Source: an uncultured Gammaproteobacteria bacterium (lineage in GTDB: Bacteria; Patescibacteriota; Microgenomatia; Levybacterales; UBA12049). Taken from it: a stretch of 64,000 nucleotides of DNA. Numbering within the stretch: the stretch's first letter is position 1; every line of letters begins with the position of its first letter. The notes under the pieces are model-generated. The model did not search any database and was not told where the DNA came from. It worked only from the letters and a program-made list of their open reading frames with translations. Location: contig CAYYSJ010000002.1 in assembly GCA_964474445.1 (NCBI GenBank), forward strand, positions 119,570 to 183,569, in the 5' to 3' direction. The position numbers were made by a program, and so were the translations under genes. Of this stretch, positions 19,150 through 28,852 are shown in pieces.

Positions 19150-20736
19150 ATGAATAAAATTGCAATTATCGGAGGAGGTTTTAATGGATTATGCGTTGCT
19201 GCGCATATCATGCGTCTTGCAACTGAGCAGGGAAAGAAGGCATATATCACTGTTTTTGATGCAACAGGACTACGAAGCGGTAGAATATTCTCTCCTGAAT
19301 TACCTGATAATTTTACCCTCAACCATGAAACTGCAAATATGGGTTCTCTTCATCCTTTTTCATCCGTTGGGACTGACGACTTTTATAATTGGATTCAAGA
19401 AAAAAAAGATGAACCGCTGAAAAGTCTTAGTGGAACAACACTTGCAAAAAGATACAAGAAATGGGATCTTGATAATCCCTCTGGGTATCTTCCACGGAGT
19501 CTTTTTGGACATTATCTGGTGTACCGTCTCGACCAAATGAGCGGAAGTTCCCAAACCGATAATTATACCTTCTCGTATTTGTTAAAAAAAGTCGAGTCAG
19601 TAGTAAAAGTAGGGGGAAAATATAAAATTATCTGGGATGATAAAAAAGAATTGTTTGATACTGTTATTATCGCTACTGGTTTCTGGTACAACAGCAAGGA
19701 TAATACAGAAATAGTATATAAAGGGGAAGAGAAATGGCTCCCTAAGGCTTCAGATCCAATTGCTGTTATCGGTTCTTCATTATCTGCAATTGAGGTTTCA
19801 CTTGCCTTAGCAGATAAGGGTTATACAAATGTGACTATGTATAGTCGACACGGGAGGTTGCCTAAAGTACGTGGGAATACTCATCCATATATACCACGTT
19901 ATGTGACAACAACTGCTTTAGAGAAATTACAAAATAAATTTGGTTACGTAGAGTCTGTACTTCTTTTGCCTTTACTCAAGAAGGAATTTGATTATGCATA
20001 TTTTGTCAAAAGAGAGGGACTTTATCGGCGCGAAGGCATTCATTGGCAAGAGATATTACAGAATACAAACCCCCTCCGACAACTGGAAGAAGATATTAAA
20101 AAAGCAGAGAGTGGAGAAGAATTAGTATGGCGATCTGTTTTGACAAGTCTCTATGAATATGAAGGTGTCATCTGGCGTGGTCTTTCTGGATTTTCCCGCC
20201 ATAGCTTTTTGCAAAAGTACTCAAGTTTACTCTTGAGTTTTATAGCACCGATGCCACTGTTTCAAGCAAAAAGGCTGTTGAAGTATATGAGAAAAAAGAA
20301 AATAAAGCTTGTTGCCGGTGTCGATCATTATCAGGAGGAACATAGTAGATGGGTTATTCAAATAGGTGGGAAAAAGTATGTAAAAAGGTATTTAATAGAT
20401 GCTCGTGGTCCTGCAAAGCATGTAGGAACAAACGCATTTTTACGGTCGCTTATTGACCAACAGCTTTTAGAGAAAAATACAGCTGGAGGAATTTTCGTCA
20501 ATAGACAGCTACAAGTTGTTGTTAAAAATAAGGTTCAGCCTAATCTCTACGCCATAGGCCCCATAGTATATGGTGAACGCCCTCATAATAGCACTGTTTT
20601 TGCGACAGAGTATGCAGAGTTAGTTGCTTCTTATATTGTAAATAGTCTTGATTCATCAAAAGTACATGCTGTAACAGAGGCTGAAGCACCTTTTCTATCA
20701 AGTCACGTTGATTTTCTCCCAACGCTTTTCTCATAA
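19150..20736 (+). CDS. FAD/NAD(P)-binding protein of the YdhS-like family (NAD_binding_9-type Rossmann N-terminus)
   Basis: MNKIAIIGGGFNGLCVAAH dinucleotide-binding motif, a second GxGxxA (AVIGSSLSAIE) mid-protein, and a length (~530 aa) typical of YdhS-like proteins. Confidence 0.5.
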   Translation: MNKIAIIGGGFNGLCVAAHIMRLATEQGKKAYITVFDATGLRSGRIFSPELPDNFTLNHETANMGSLHPFSSVGTDDFYNWIQEKKDEPLKSLSGTTLAKRYKKWDLDNPSGYLPRSLFGHYLVYRLDQMSGSSQTDNYTFSYLLKKVESVVKVGGKYKIIWDDKKELFDTVIIATGFWYNSKDNTEIVYKGEEKWLPKASDPIAVIGSSLSAIEVSLALADKGYTNVTMYSRHGRLPKVRGNTHPYIPRYVTTTALEKLQNKFGYVESVLLLPLLKKEFDYAYFVKREGLYRREGIHWQEILQNTNPLRQLEEDIKKAESGEELVWRSVLTSLYEYEGVIWRGLSGFSRHSFLQKYSSLLLSFIAPMPLFQAKRLLKYMRKKKIKLVAGVDHYQEEHSRWVIQIGGKKYVKRYLIDARGPAKHVGTNAFLRSLIDQQLLEKNTAGGIFVNRQLQVVVKNKVQPNLYAIGPIVYGERPHNSTVFATEYAELVASYIVNSLDSSKVHAVTEAEAPFLSSHVDFLPTLFS

Positions 20737-20804
20737 GTCCTTACTACACGTTTCTTACTGCTCCTTCTCATGATTTTTCTTTTGAATTAGTTACTCTTTG
20801 TTGT

Positions 20805-21488
20805 ATGGTTGAGGCAATTGATGCAAAAGTTGTTTTTATCACAGGCTCAAGTCGTGGGATAGGAGCTGAAACAGCTGTTGCGTTTGCCCGTGAGGAAATG
20901 AATGTTGTAGTTACCTATTATGAAGAAGCGATACATGCTGAAGAGACTGCAAAAAGATGTCGTGCAGCAGGGGCTCCAGATGTCTTTTTAACCCAGCTCA
21001 ATATTCTGGATAGCCATAGCATTGAAGAAGCGGTAACAGCAATTATAAATCGTTATGAAAAAATAGATATTTTAGTAAATAATGCAGGAGTTTTGGTAGA
21101 AAGTTCACTTTCAGAGCAAAGTATTCAGGATATTGAACGTCAAGTAAGAACAAACTTGGAAGGGACGATAAAAGTAACAAAAGTATGTTTGCCATATGTT
21201 AGAGAGGCAATTATTAACATTGGTAGTGGTGCCGGCATAACAGCGTATGCTGGGCTTTCCCCGTATTCTGCGACAAAGTTTGGCGTTAGAGGGTTTACTC
21301 AAGCACTTGCGCAAGAGTTGGATGACATCGCAGTCTATGTCGTAAATCCAGGGCTTACTGCAACAGCAATGACGAATTTCGAGGGGATTCCACCTGAAAA
21401 AGTAGCAGATGTTGTTGTAAAAACTGCAAAAGGGGAATTGAATGCATATAAAGATCGAGATATTAATGTATGGGATTACGTTGAGTAG
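20805..21488 (+). CDS. Short-chain dehydrogenase/reductase (SDR)
   Basis: TGSSRGIG cofactor motif, NNAG, and the catalytic YSATK. Confidence 0.8.
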   Translation: MVEAIDAKVVFITGSSRGIGAETAVAFAREEMNVVVTYYEEAIHAEETAKRCRAAGAPDVFLTQLNILDSHSIEEAVTAIINRYEKIDILVNNAGVLVESSLSEQSIQDIERQVRTNLEGTIKVTKVCLPYVREAIINIGSGAGITAYAGLSPYSATKFGVRGFTQALAQELDDIAVYVVNPGLTATAMTNFEGIPPEKVADVVVKTAKGELNAYKDRDINVWDYVE

Positions 21489-21555
21489 TATTATGCCTTG
21501 ATCTGCTTTATGAATTTATCAACAAGTGTATGGTTTCCAATGATAATAGGACGAC

Positions 21556-22023
21556 TCATGATCTTAGTGTCTTTTTGATTTTTTGGACAAATTTTAAACG
21601 TTCTTCTTGGCTTGCAAACTGTTTATTCAATATTTCTTTATAGAAAGTATCAGTTGTATATCGTGGGAAAACGTGTTGATGATAATGAAATGCATGTTGA
21701 TTACCTGCTGGTTCATTATTTTGCACAAGCGTAATACCCTCACATTTATACGTTTTTTTCAATACTAAAGCAATTTTTTTAGAAATATCTGCAAGGGCAT
21801 ATGCATAGTCATTTGGGAGATCATACAAATTTTCAAAATGTTTATTTGGAACGACAATGATATGTCCTTCATTGCCTGGGATAAAAAATGAATTGATAAA
21901 TGCAGTGACGAGGCCATCTTTATAAATAACGTCACTTTGTTTTAGTAATGTGTCGTTATTCTCAATCCCATTGACTCCTAAACAAATCGGACAAATATAA
22001 TCCGCTGAAGCATGATTATACAT
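21556..22023 (-). CDS. HIT-family hydrolase
   Basis: Histidine triad HYHQHVFP plus the GHIIVVP motif. Confidence 0.75.
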   Translation of the reverse strand: MYNHASADYICPICLGVNGIENNDTLLKQSDVIYKDGLVTAFINSFFIPGNEGHIIVVPNKHFENLYDLPNDYAYALADISKKIALVLKKTYKCEGITLVQNNEPAGNQHAFHYHQHVFPRYTTDTFYKEILNKQFASQEERLKFVQKIKKTLRS

Positions 22024-22045
22024 GAGTAAAATTATATCACTATAG

Positions 22046-22074
22046 TTGAGTAATAGTTTGTTTTCTCTTATACT
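22046..22074 (+). promoter_or_regulatory. Sigma70-like promoter (TTGAGT, 17 nt, TATACT) ending 9 nt before the aclB ATG; near-leaderless
   Basis: Hexamers at 22046-22051 and 22069-22074. Confidence 0.4.
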
Positions 22075-22083
22075 TAAACCACA

Positions 22084-23292
22084 ATGGCGCGAAGAAAACT
22101 TCCTGAATATACTGCAAAAAAGTTATTGTTTGAAAAATTAGACTTACCCTACCATGGAATTGCAATTGAAAGTTTAGATAAAGAAGAATTGCGAAAACTC
22201 GATGTATTGAATAAGACGAAGTCTTATGTAGTAAAAGTAGACCAGGGGATAAAAAAACGAGGGAAGCAAGGGCTTATTGGGGTGAATGTTAACCCGTATA
22301 AAATAAAAAAGTATCTACATGAATTTGCACAAAAAGGTTATTCCCGATTTTTGGTTGAAGACTTTGTTTTACATGAAAAGGTAGATGAAAAATATTTTGC
22401 TCTTGAGAGAACACGAGAAGGTATTACTGTCTATATGTCTCAATTTGGTGGTATTGATATAGAGGAACATCAGGACAAAGTAGAATCAAGAATAATACAT
22501 CCTGAACAGAATGATTATGAAGGAAAAATTACTGAAATTAGCACCTTCTTAGGCTTGGACAAGACGCTTCTTAAAGAGATTGTGAATTTCTTTGATGAAG
22601 CTTATGTCTCCTTTCTTGAAATAAATCCTTTCTTAATTCTTGATTCTAAGTTCGTAATGTTGGACCTTGCTGTGGAAGTTGATAGTGCAGGAGAGTTTTT
22701 TGTGAAAGGAGCGTGGAGTGCGAAAGATGTTGTCAGTAATACAGCAGGGAAAAAATTAACAGATGAAGAAAAGGCTGTTCAGCAACTCAAGGAGAATTCT
22801 CAAGCATCTCTTAAATTGGATGTCTTAAATCCTAATGGGGGTATTTTTACCATGCTTTCAGGTGGAGGGGCAAGTATTACTATTGCTGATGAAGTTTATA
22901 ATAGAGGATTTGCAAAAGAGTTGGCAAATTATGCAGATTATTCAGGAAATCCAAATCAAGAGGAGACATATCTCTATACAAAACAACTGTTACGTCTTTT
23001 ACACAAGTCAGAAGCCTCAAGGAAAGCTCTTGTTATTGCAGGAGGAGTTGCGAATTTTACCGACGTGAGGGTAACATTTAGAGGGATTCTTCAGGCACTT
23101 GCAGAAGATGTTTTAGCTTTGCAAAAGGAAGAAGTCAAAGTCTTTGTGAGGCGAGGTGGGCCGAATCAGATTGAAGGGCTTGCAATGATGAAAAATTTCC
23201 TTACTGAAAAGAATTTATACGGAGGAGTTTGGGACCAAACAATGGTTTTAACAGATGTTGTGAATAAAGCGATAGAGTATGTGAAACCATAG
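22084..23292 (+). CDS. aclB: ATP-citrate lyase small subunit (ATP-grasp / SucC-like; citryl-CoA synthetase beta)
   Basis: Collinear by eye with the N-terminal ~420 aa of eukaryotic ACLY and with Chlorobium AclB (VVKVDQGIKKRGKQGLIGVN, LEINPF, LNPNGGIFTMLSGGGAS, VRRGGPN). Confidence 0.8.
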   Translation: MARRKLPEYTAKKLLFEKLDLPYHGIAIESLDKEELRKLDVLNKTKSYVVKVDQGIKKRGKQGLIGVNVNPYKIKKYLHEFAQKGYSRFLVEDFVLHEKVDEKYFALERTREGITVYMSQFGGIDIEEHQDKVESRIIHPEQNDYEGKITEISTFLGLDKTLLKEIVNFFDEAYVSFLEINPFLILDSKFVMLDLAVEVDSAGEFFVKGAWSAKDVVSNTAGKKLTDEEKAVQQLKENSQASLKLDVLNPNGGIFTMLSGGGASITIADEVYNRGFAKELANYADYSGNPNQEETYLYTKQLLRLLHKSEASRKALVIAGGVANFTDVRVTFRGILQALAEDVLALQKEEVKVFVRRGGPNQIEGLAMMKNFLTEKNLYGGVWDQTMVLTDVVNKAIEYVKP

Positions 23293-23328
23293 TTCAATAC
23301 TACATAGCAAAATAATACATTAACCAGT

Positions 23329-25110
23329 ATGTTAAACATGCAGACACTACGACAAATTAAAGACTTTAACATCTTATTTTTGGGTTCTTATCCGTCTATT
23401 ATTCAATCTATTTTAGATTTTGATTATCTCTCAGGTAAAGAATATCCTTCCATTGTGGGAATTGTTGCAACCGGTCGTCGAACAGAACGTTATTTCTGGG
23501 GAGAGGGAGAAGTGATGCTTCCTGTTTTCCCAAGCGTTGATGCTGTACCCGAGGAAATAAAAAAAGAAGTGAATGCATTTTTTAACAATGCTTCGGGAAG
23601 GCGTGTTTTCTCAACAACGATAAATGCTCTGGATCTTTTTCCTCACCTTCAACTTGGAGTTATTTTTGCAGAAGAGACTCCGGAGAAACATGCTCTCGCC
23701 CTCTACAAAAAAGCAGAAGAAAGACAGGTCATGTTAGTCGGTCCAGCGAGTGTTGGCGTACTTCTCCCTCAAAAACTCAAGCTTGGTCCAATAGGCGGAG
23801 TGGATTTTCGACAAATGATAAGTTCTCAAATTCTCACGCCTGGGAATATTGCCGTTTTTTCTTCATCAGGAGGTATGACAAACGAGCTGATTAATATTGT
23901 CACATCAGCAGGTCACAGACTTTCTTTTGCCATGTCTTTTGGAGGAGATAGATTTCCTTTGATGACTCCTTTAGATGCACTGCTTGCGGTAGAAAAAGAC
24001 AAATCCACAGAATACATAGTCTATTTTGGAGAGTTGGGTGGGTATGATGAATATGATATCGCTGAGGCGCTGAAGACAAAAAAAGTAAACAAGAAAGTGA
24101 TTTGCTACATTGCAGGAACAGTATCAGAGATGTTTGAGACTCCTCCTCAGTTTGGTCATGCGAAGGCAATGGCTGGAAGAAGTGGTGAAGGAGCCTCTGC
24201 AAAAAGAAAAGCGTTACAGGAAGCAGGAGCAGTTGTTGCATCATCCTTTACTGATTTTGTTTCTATGGTAAGAAGTCTTCCACAAAAGCACTACAAGGAG
24301 ACCGAGTATGCTATGATAGGGAAGGTTATGGAAGAGAGACAAAAAGCACTCATTGCAACAACAATCAGTAGTGACAAGGATGGGAAAGTCATGGTGTTGG
24401 GCGAAGAGTTGTTGTCCTTTGCGAAGAATAATTCCTTTGCAAGAATTGTTGGAAGTTTGTTTTTAGGCAAAAAATTACGTTCTCGAGATACAGAACAATT
24501 CATTGATTTTGTTTTAAGACTATTAGTTGATCATGGCCCCTATGTTTCTGGTGCAGTCAATACCATTATTACTGCGCGAGCTGGAAAAGATTTAGTTTCG
24601 TCTCTTGCAACAGGCCTTTTGACAGTTGGTCCTCGCTTTGGTGGAGCAATTAATGAGGCAGCAGGAAATTGGTTAAGAGGTGCTACTAGGGGAGTCTCTG
24701 CTGAAGAATTTGTCGAACATTTTGCTTCTTCTAAAAAATTTATTGCAGGAATAGGTCACAAAAAATATCGAGTGGATTTCCCAGACCCTCGGGTAAAAGA
24801 AATTCTTCGATTTGCACCGGGGAAAAGAATGTTCACAAAATTTGCTTTGGAAGTTGAAAAAATCACAGTTGCTAAAAAAGGGAATCTTATCTTAAATGTT
24901 GATGGTGCAATTGCTGCTGTTTTACTTGATTTACTTTTAGAAAAGGAAGAATATACAGTGGAGGACTTGCAAAGACTTGTTGATATAGAATTCTTCAATG
25001 CCTTATTTGTACTGTCGCGCTCTGTTGGATTTATCTCTCATTTCTTGGATCAGAAGCGACTTGATGAAGGACTTTTCAGACTACCAGAAGATCAAGTTGC
25101 TGAAATATAA
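23329..25110 (+). CDS. aclA: ATP-citrate lyase large subunit (CoA-binding/SucD-like + citrate-synthase-like citryl-CoA lyase domain)
   Basis: VDHGPYVSGAVNTIITARAGKDLVSSLATGLLTVGPRFGGA and GIGHKKYRVDFPDPRV (the citrate-synthase His motif) are present. FVLSRSVGFISHFLDQKRL matches the ACLY C-terminus closely. Confidence 0.85.
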   Translation: MLNMQTLRQIKDFNILFLGSYPSIIQSILDFDYLSGKEYPSIVGIVATGRRTERYFWGEGEVMLPVFPSVDAVPEEIKKEVNAFFNNASGRRVFSTTINALDLFPHLQLGVIFAEETPEKHALALYKKAEERQVMLVGPASVGVLLPQKLKLGPIGGVDFRQMISSQILTPGNIAVFSSSGGMTNELINIVTSAGHRLSFAMSFGGDRFPLMTPLDALLAVEKDKSTEYIVYFGELGGYDEYDIAEALKTKKVNKKVICYIAGTVSEMFETPPQFGHAKAMAGRSGEGASAKRKALQEAGAVVASSFTDFVSMVRSLPQKHYKETEYAMIGKVMEERQKALIATTISSDKDGKVMVLGEELLSFAKNNSFARIVGSLFLGKKLRSRDTEQFIDFVLRLLVDHGPYVSGAVNTIITARAGKDLVSSLATGLLTVGPRFGGAINEAAGNWLRGATRGVSAEEFVEHFASSKKFIAGIGHKKYRVDFPDPRVKEILRFAPGKRMFTKFALEVEKITVAKKGNLILNVDGAIAAVLLDLLLEKEEYTVEDLQRLVDIEFFNALFVLSRSVGFISHFLDQKRLDEGLFRLPEDQVAEI

Positions 25111-25111
25111 A

Positions 25112-25954
25112 TTATTTAGGGGGTTGTTCGAGACGTCTTCTTGCTCTTTTGGTTAATGCACCCTGTTCTGATAGAACACGATGAACTGCAGCTTTACGCA
25201 TGGCATCTACTACTTGTCGCGAAGAAACTTGTTGTACGCTCATGACTTCAGGCCTTCGTGCATGGGCGATTGCGCTATCTACCTCATCTTGCAGTGGTTG
25301 TTGAACAACAACAGGTGGTTCCCCAGCTTTTCGGAAAACAAGTTCTTCAGACATTACTTTGATTTAATCAGAAAGGAGAGTTAGGAACAAGAGAAAGTTA
25401 TCTCAATGCTCGTGGATCTAGACGAATAACTCCTTCACTAATTTCTACTCCATTTAAAACTTCTTTTTTTGCATGCCTTTTATACCATCGTCGTGAGCGT
25501 ATTTTTGGTAAACCCACTGGGGGTTGTCTCCATACTGTACCCTCTTCAACTGTTTTTTGGGGCTCTGTTGGTGGATGTCTTCTTTTCCCCATAGTTTTGC
25601 GCATTATAGCAACTAAGATCTCGGTTGCCTTCTGGAAAATCGTGTGTCGTCAGTTGGTCCTACAGGTGGCTCCAAAATCCACACAGTGGGATTATTTGGA
25701 TCACCTAATGTTCGTTTTGCTTGTGCGAGTGTCTCTTCAACTTTTTCTGGAGTTTTTTTTGTTGAACGGGGTTTGGAAGGTCGTGAATGTGGTTTTGTTT
25801 CACCAAATGAAGCAGGAGGAATTATCCCGTAGGCTGTTTGAATAGCGCGAACCCCTCGACCATCATCTTCTCGTGAGCCTCCATTATTAGTAAGTCCTTT
25901 CCATTTGGAAGAAGGTTCTTTGTTCCCCACAATTACCATAATATCCATATACAC
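25112..25954 (-). other. Three collinear small basic ORFs (113, 68, 80 aa) in a locally GC-richer (~48-50%) patch; unknown function, possible gene remnant or foreign DNA
   Basis: The ORF-track entries 25613-25954, 25398-25604 and 25112-25354 all lie on the minus strand. They are R/K-rich (KRRHPPTEPQ...RSRRWYKRHAKK). I recognise no family for them. Confidence 0.25.
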
Positions 25955-26196
25955 TAAAAAAATACAATGGAGAAAATCATGAGTAAATCCGCATATTACG
26001 TCCTAATGTATGGTAAATAAATATTGATCACCTCAGTTCTCAAAAAAGAGAGATCTTCTCTCAACTACGACATGTCTCTTTACGAAGGAGTTCAATGCTA
26101 GTCCTTTGGTTGTTCTTTCATTATTCTTATTCCTTTTTTGCTTCGTTTTAAGACTCACTCAGCAATAATAAAAAGACGCAAAAGGAGGTGATTTCC

Positions 26197-26568
26197 ATGC
26201 CAGATACCAAAAAATCTTCCCGTAAGGATGAAAAAGAAGAGATGATGGAAGAACAGGGCGATAAAAAAGGGAAAAAGGGTGGAACAGCCCAAGCCACAGG
26301 TCCAAATATTATGGCTGCAGCAATGATGGGTGCTATTGCGGGTGCAGCAGTTGGTGTAGCAACACAAATAGCATTGTCAGATGAAAAAACAAGACAAAGA
26401 GCATCCGAAGTCATGAGCGACATGAGAGATAGAGCTGCAGATAGAATTTCTCAAATGACCAAAACAGCCAAACAGACGGCTTCAAAAGCAGTTGATGCAC
26501 TTCCTGAAAACATGAGGGAGTCTGCCAAAAAAATGACTGAGGGGCAGAATAATAAAAAGGGAGAGTAA
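26197..26568 (+). CDS. Small protein with K/E-rich N-terminus, a Gly/Ala-rich hydrophobic helix and a coiled-coil tail (YtxH/DUF948-like?)
   Basis: AAGGAGG sits 8 nt upstream of the ATG at 26197. The sequence includes AAAMMGAIAGAAVGVATQIAL. Confidence 0.4.
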   Translation: MPDTKKSSRKDEKEEMMEEQGDKKGKKGGTAQATGPNIMAAAMMGAIAGAAVGVATQIALSDEKTRQRASEVMSDMRDRAADRISQMTKTAKQTASKAVDALPENMRESAKKMTEGQNNKKGE

Positions 26569-26724
26569 ACATCCTTTAGGAAGAGATAAGGAAATCCCGT
26601 TTTGACAATATGCAGGATCAAAGCGGGATTTTATGTATACAGATAACATAATAGTGCTTTGAAAATAATCTTACGAAGAGAACCTCTTGCGAGAATACTT
26701 ATATGCTTGTTACAATTAACTCCT

Positions 26725-27060
26725 ATGGATATACTCGTTGGTTGGTTGGTTAGCACACTCTCCATCCTTATTACTGCATATCTTCTTCCTGGTGTCCATT
26801 TACAAAGTTTTGTTGCTGCACTAGCAACTTCACTTGTATTGGGGATTATTAATGCAATTATTAAACCGGTTCTCTTAGTGTTAACACTTCCTATTAATGT
26901 CTTATCGCTTGGCCTTTTTACGTTTGTAATCAATGCATTGTTAGTGTTGTTAGCCTCGCGAATTGTTCCTGGATTTCAAGTGGATGGGTTTTTGTGGGCA
27001 CTTGCTTTTAGTATTGTCCTCTCTCTCGTCAATTCCGTTCTTCACAACCTATCTCGATAA
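26725..27060 (+). CDS. DUF360 / phage-holin-4-like small membrane protein (YvlD-like)
   Basis: LLPGV...KPVLLVLTLPINVLSLGLFTFVINALLVLLAS pattern across 3-4 TM helices. The ORF-track start at 26659 is probably too long. Confidence 0.55.
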   Translation: MDILVGWLVSTLSILITAYLLPGVHLQSFVAALATSLVLGIINAIIKPVLLVLTLPINVLSLGLFTFVINALLVLLASRIVPGFQVDGFLWALAFSIVLSLVNSVLHNLSR

Positions 27061-27075
27061 CGGACACATAATGCT

Positions 27076-28299
27076 ATGAAACAATCATCATTTGCAGCCC
27101 TACAATTTCATGCACTTCGTATTTTTCTTTTTGGACTTTTTGTTTCAACACTTGGTTCAGCAATGCAAACAGTTGCTGTTGGATGGCATGTCTATGAAAT
27201 GACACATTCTGCAATTAGTTTGGGATTTTTAGGTATTGCAGGATTTTTACCAATCCTTCTTTGTTTTTTGCCAGGAGGTGCCATTGCAGACACATTTAAT
27301 AGAAAAAAGGTGCTGATTCTTCTTCAAATTGTTTTTGGATTCGGAGCAAGTGTGCTTGGCTTAGTGACCATATTACACATTGTTAACCCATATATTATCT
27401 ATGCAGTTTTAGCAGTCAATGGACTTTTAGTAACCGTTGATTTACCAGCTCGTTCTGCTATTATTCCACTCCTTGTCCCAAAACAATATGTTTTTGGTGC
27501 AGTAAGTCTTAACACGCTTTTTCGTCAGATAGCTTTTGTGTTAGGGCCTGCAAGTGCAGGATTTTTGATTGCATTGTTTGGTCCACAAAGTGTTTATTTT
27601 TTTAATGCAGTTTCCTTTTTTGTCATGCTTGTTGCTCTTCTTCTCATTCATGTGCCACACCTGGGAGAGAAAAAGGCAGGTGTTTCATTACAGTCAGTAA
27701 GTCAGGGCATCCATTTTATCCGTCAATCACCACTTATCTATTCAACAATACTTCTTGATTTTTTTGTCACATTTCTTGCCTCATCTGTTGTTCTATTGCC
27801 AGTCTTTGCGAGAGAGATATTGCATGTTAGTGCAGCAGAACTTGGACTTTTGTATGCTGCTCCATCCTTTGGTGCTGTACTTGCAGGATTTATTTTTTCC
27901 AGTGTCGGGAATATCCATCGTCAAGGCAGGTTTCTTTTTGCAGCCATAGGTGTCTATAGTGTGGCCACAATAGCATTTGGTGTGTCTCGTTCATTACTCC
28001 TATCACTCCTATTCCTTGCAATTGCAGGAGCAGGAGATATGGTAAGTACAATTATTCGCAATGGGATTAGACAACTTATGACTCCAGATGAGATGAGAGG
28101 AAGAATGACAGCGATCTCTATGGTGTTCTTCATTGGAGGGCCGTTCTTAGGAGACAGCGAAGCAGGGTTTCTTGCAGGATTAGTGGGTGCTCCTCTATCT
28201 GTTATTGTCGGAGGAGTTGCTGCTGTATTATTTATCTTTGGTGTTTGGGTAAAGACTCCAAAACTCACAAACTACAATAACTCAGATATGAGCCTCTAA
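27076..28299 (+). CDS. MFS transporter
   Basis: 12 predicted TM segments and the MFS loop motif (GGAIADTFNRKK). Confidence 0.8.
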   Translation: MKQSSFAALQFHALRIFLFGLFVSTLGSAMQTVAVGWHVYEMTHSAISLGFLGIAGFLPILLCFLPGGAIADTFNRKKVLILLQIVFGFGASVLGLVTILHIVNPYIIYAVLAVNGLLVTVDLPARSAIIPLLVPKQYVFGAVSLNTLFRQIAFVLGPASAGFLIALFGPQSVYFFNAVSFFVMLVALLLIHVPHLGEKKAGVSLQSVSQGIHFIRQSPLIYSTILLDFFVTFLASSVVLLPVFAREILHVSAAELGLLYAAPSFGAVLAGFIFSSVGNIHRQGRFLFAAIGVYSVATIAFGVSRSLLLSLLFLAIAGAGDMVSTIIRNGIRQLMTPDEMRGRMTAISMVFFIGGPFLGDSEAGFLAGLVGAPLSVIVGGVAAVLFIFGVWVKTPKLTNYNNSDMSL

Positions 28300-28320
28300 A
28301 GACAATACCTTTTTTATCCG

Positions 28321-28728
28321 TTATCGCCACAACGCGAACACTGCGCCAAAAATAACAAATGAGACCAAAAAGTAGCCAGTTTCAATAAAATATAGTCCTA
28401 CTTTTTTCCCGGAAAAAACCCAATTAGCAAATTGTGTAGTGGCAGTAAATCCAAGCCACACCATTCCTCCGGTTATAGCTCCAGATGTGAGTGTATGAGT
28501 GCCTGTTAGACGAACAACCCAACTCATGAAATAAGCCATGACGAGTGCAGCAATAAACATCATTCCGTATTTTGCTCCCATATTGCTTTCTTTCATTTGT
28601 TTGTCCATCCATTCTTTGGTGTAGCCATTGTATTTCATCCATGGTTTGGCAAAAAGTGGTCCGTACCAGAGAAAGCCAAGTACCATATTAATAACTGCTG
28701 CTACCAAGACTGCGAGATAATTTGTCAT
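28321..28728 (-). CDS. DUF1761-like small membrane protein
   Basis: A 135-aa 4-TM protein with the LGFLWYGPLF N-terminal motif. Confidence 0.5.
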   Translation of the reverse strand: MTNYLAVLVAAVINMVLGFLWYGPLFAKPWMKYNGYTKEWMDKQMKESNMGAKYGMMFIAALVMAYFMSWVVRLTGTHTLTSGAITGGMVWLGFTATTQFANWVFSGKKVGLYFIETGYFLVSFVIFGAVFALWR

Positions 28729-28852
28729 ATCATTTCACCCCCTTTCTATAAAAATAGTAAAAGTAAGATAGATAAAAGTAAAGTAGAAGATGAGAAGGGG
28801 GGTTTTAAGGCTACAAAAAATGCTTCTCGCATTCTCCTGCTATAATCATTCC

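Noticed and set aside
26596-26640. 8-bp inverted repeat AAATCCCG...CGGGATTT with a 24-nt loop after the small G/A-rich protein gene
   Set aside because: The loop is too long for a convincing intrinsic terminator and too short or simple to call a mobile-element end. It may still be a weak terminator or protein-binding site.
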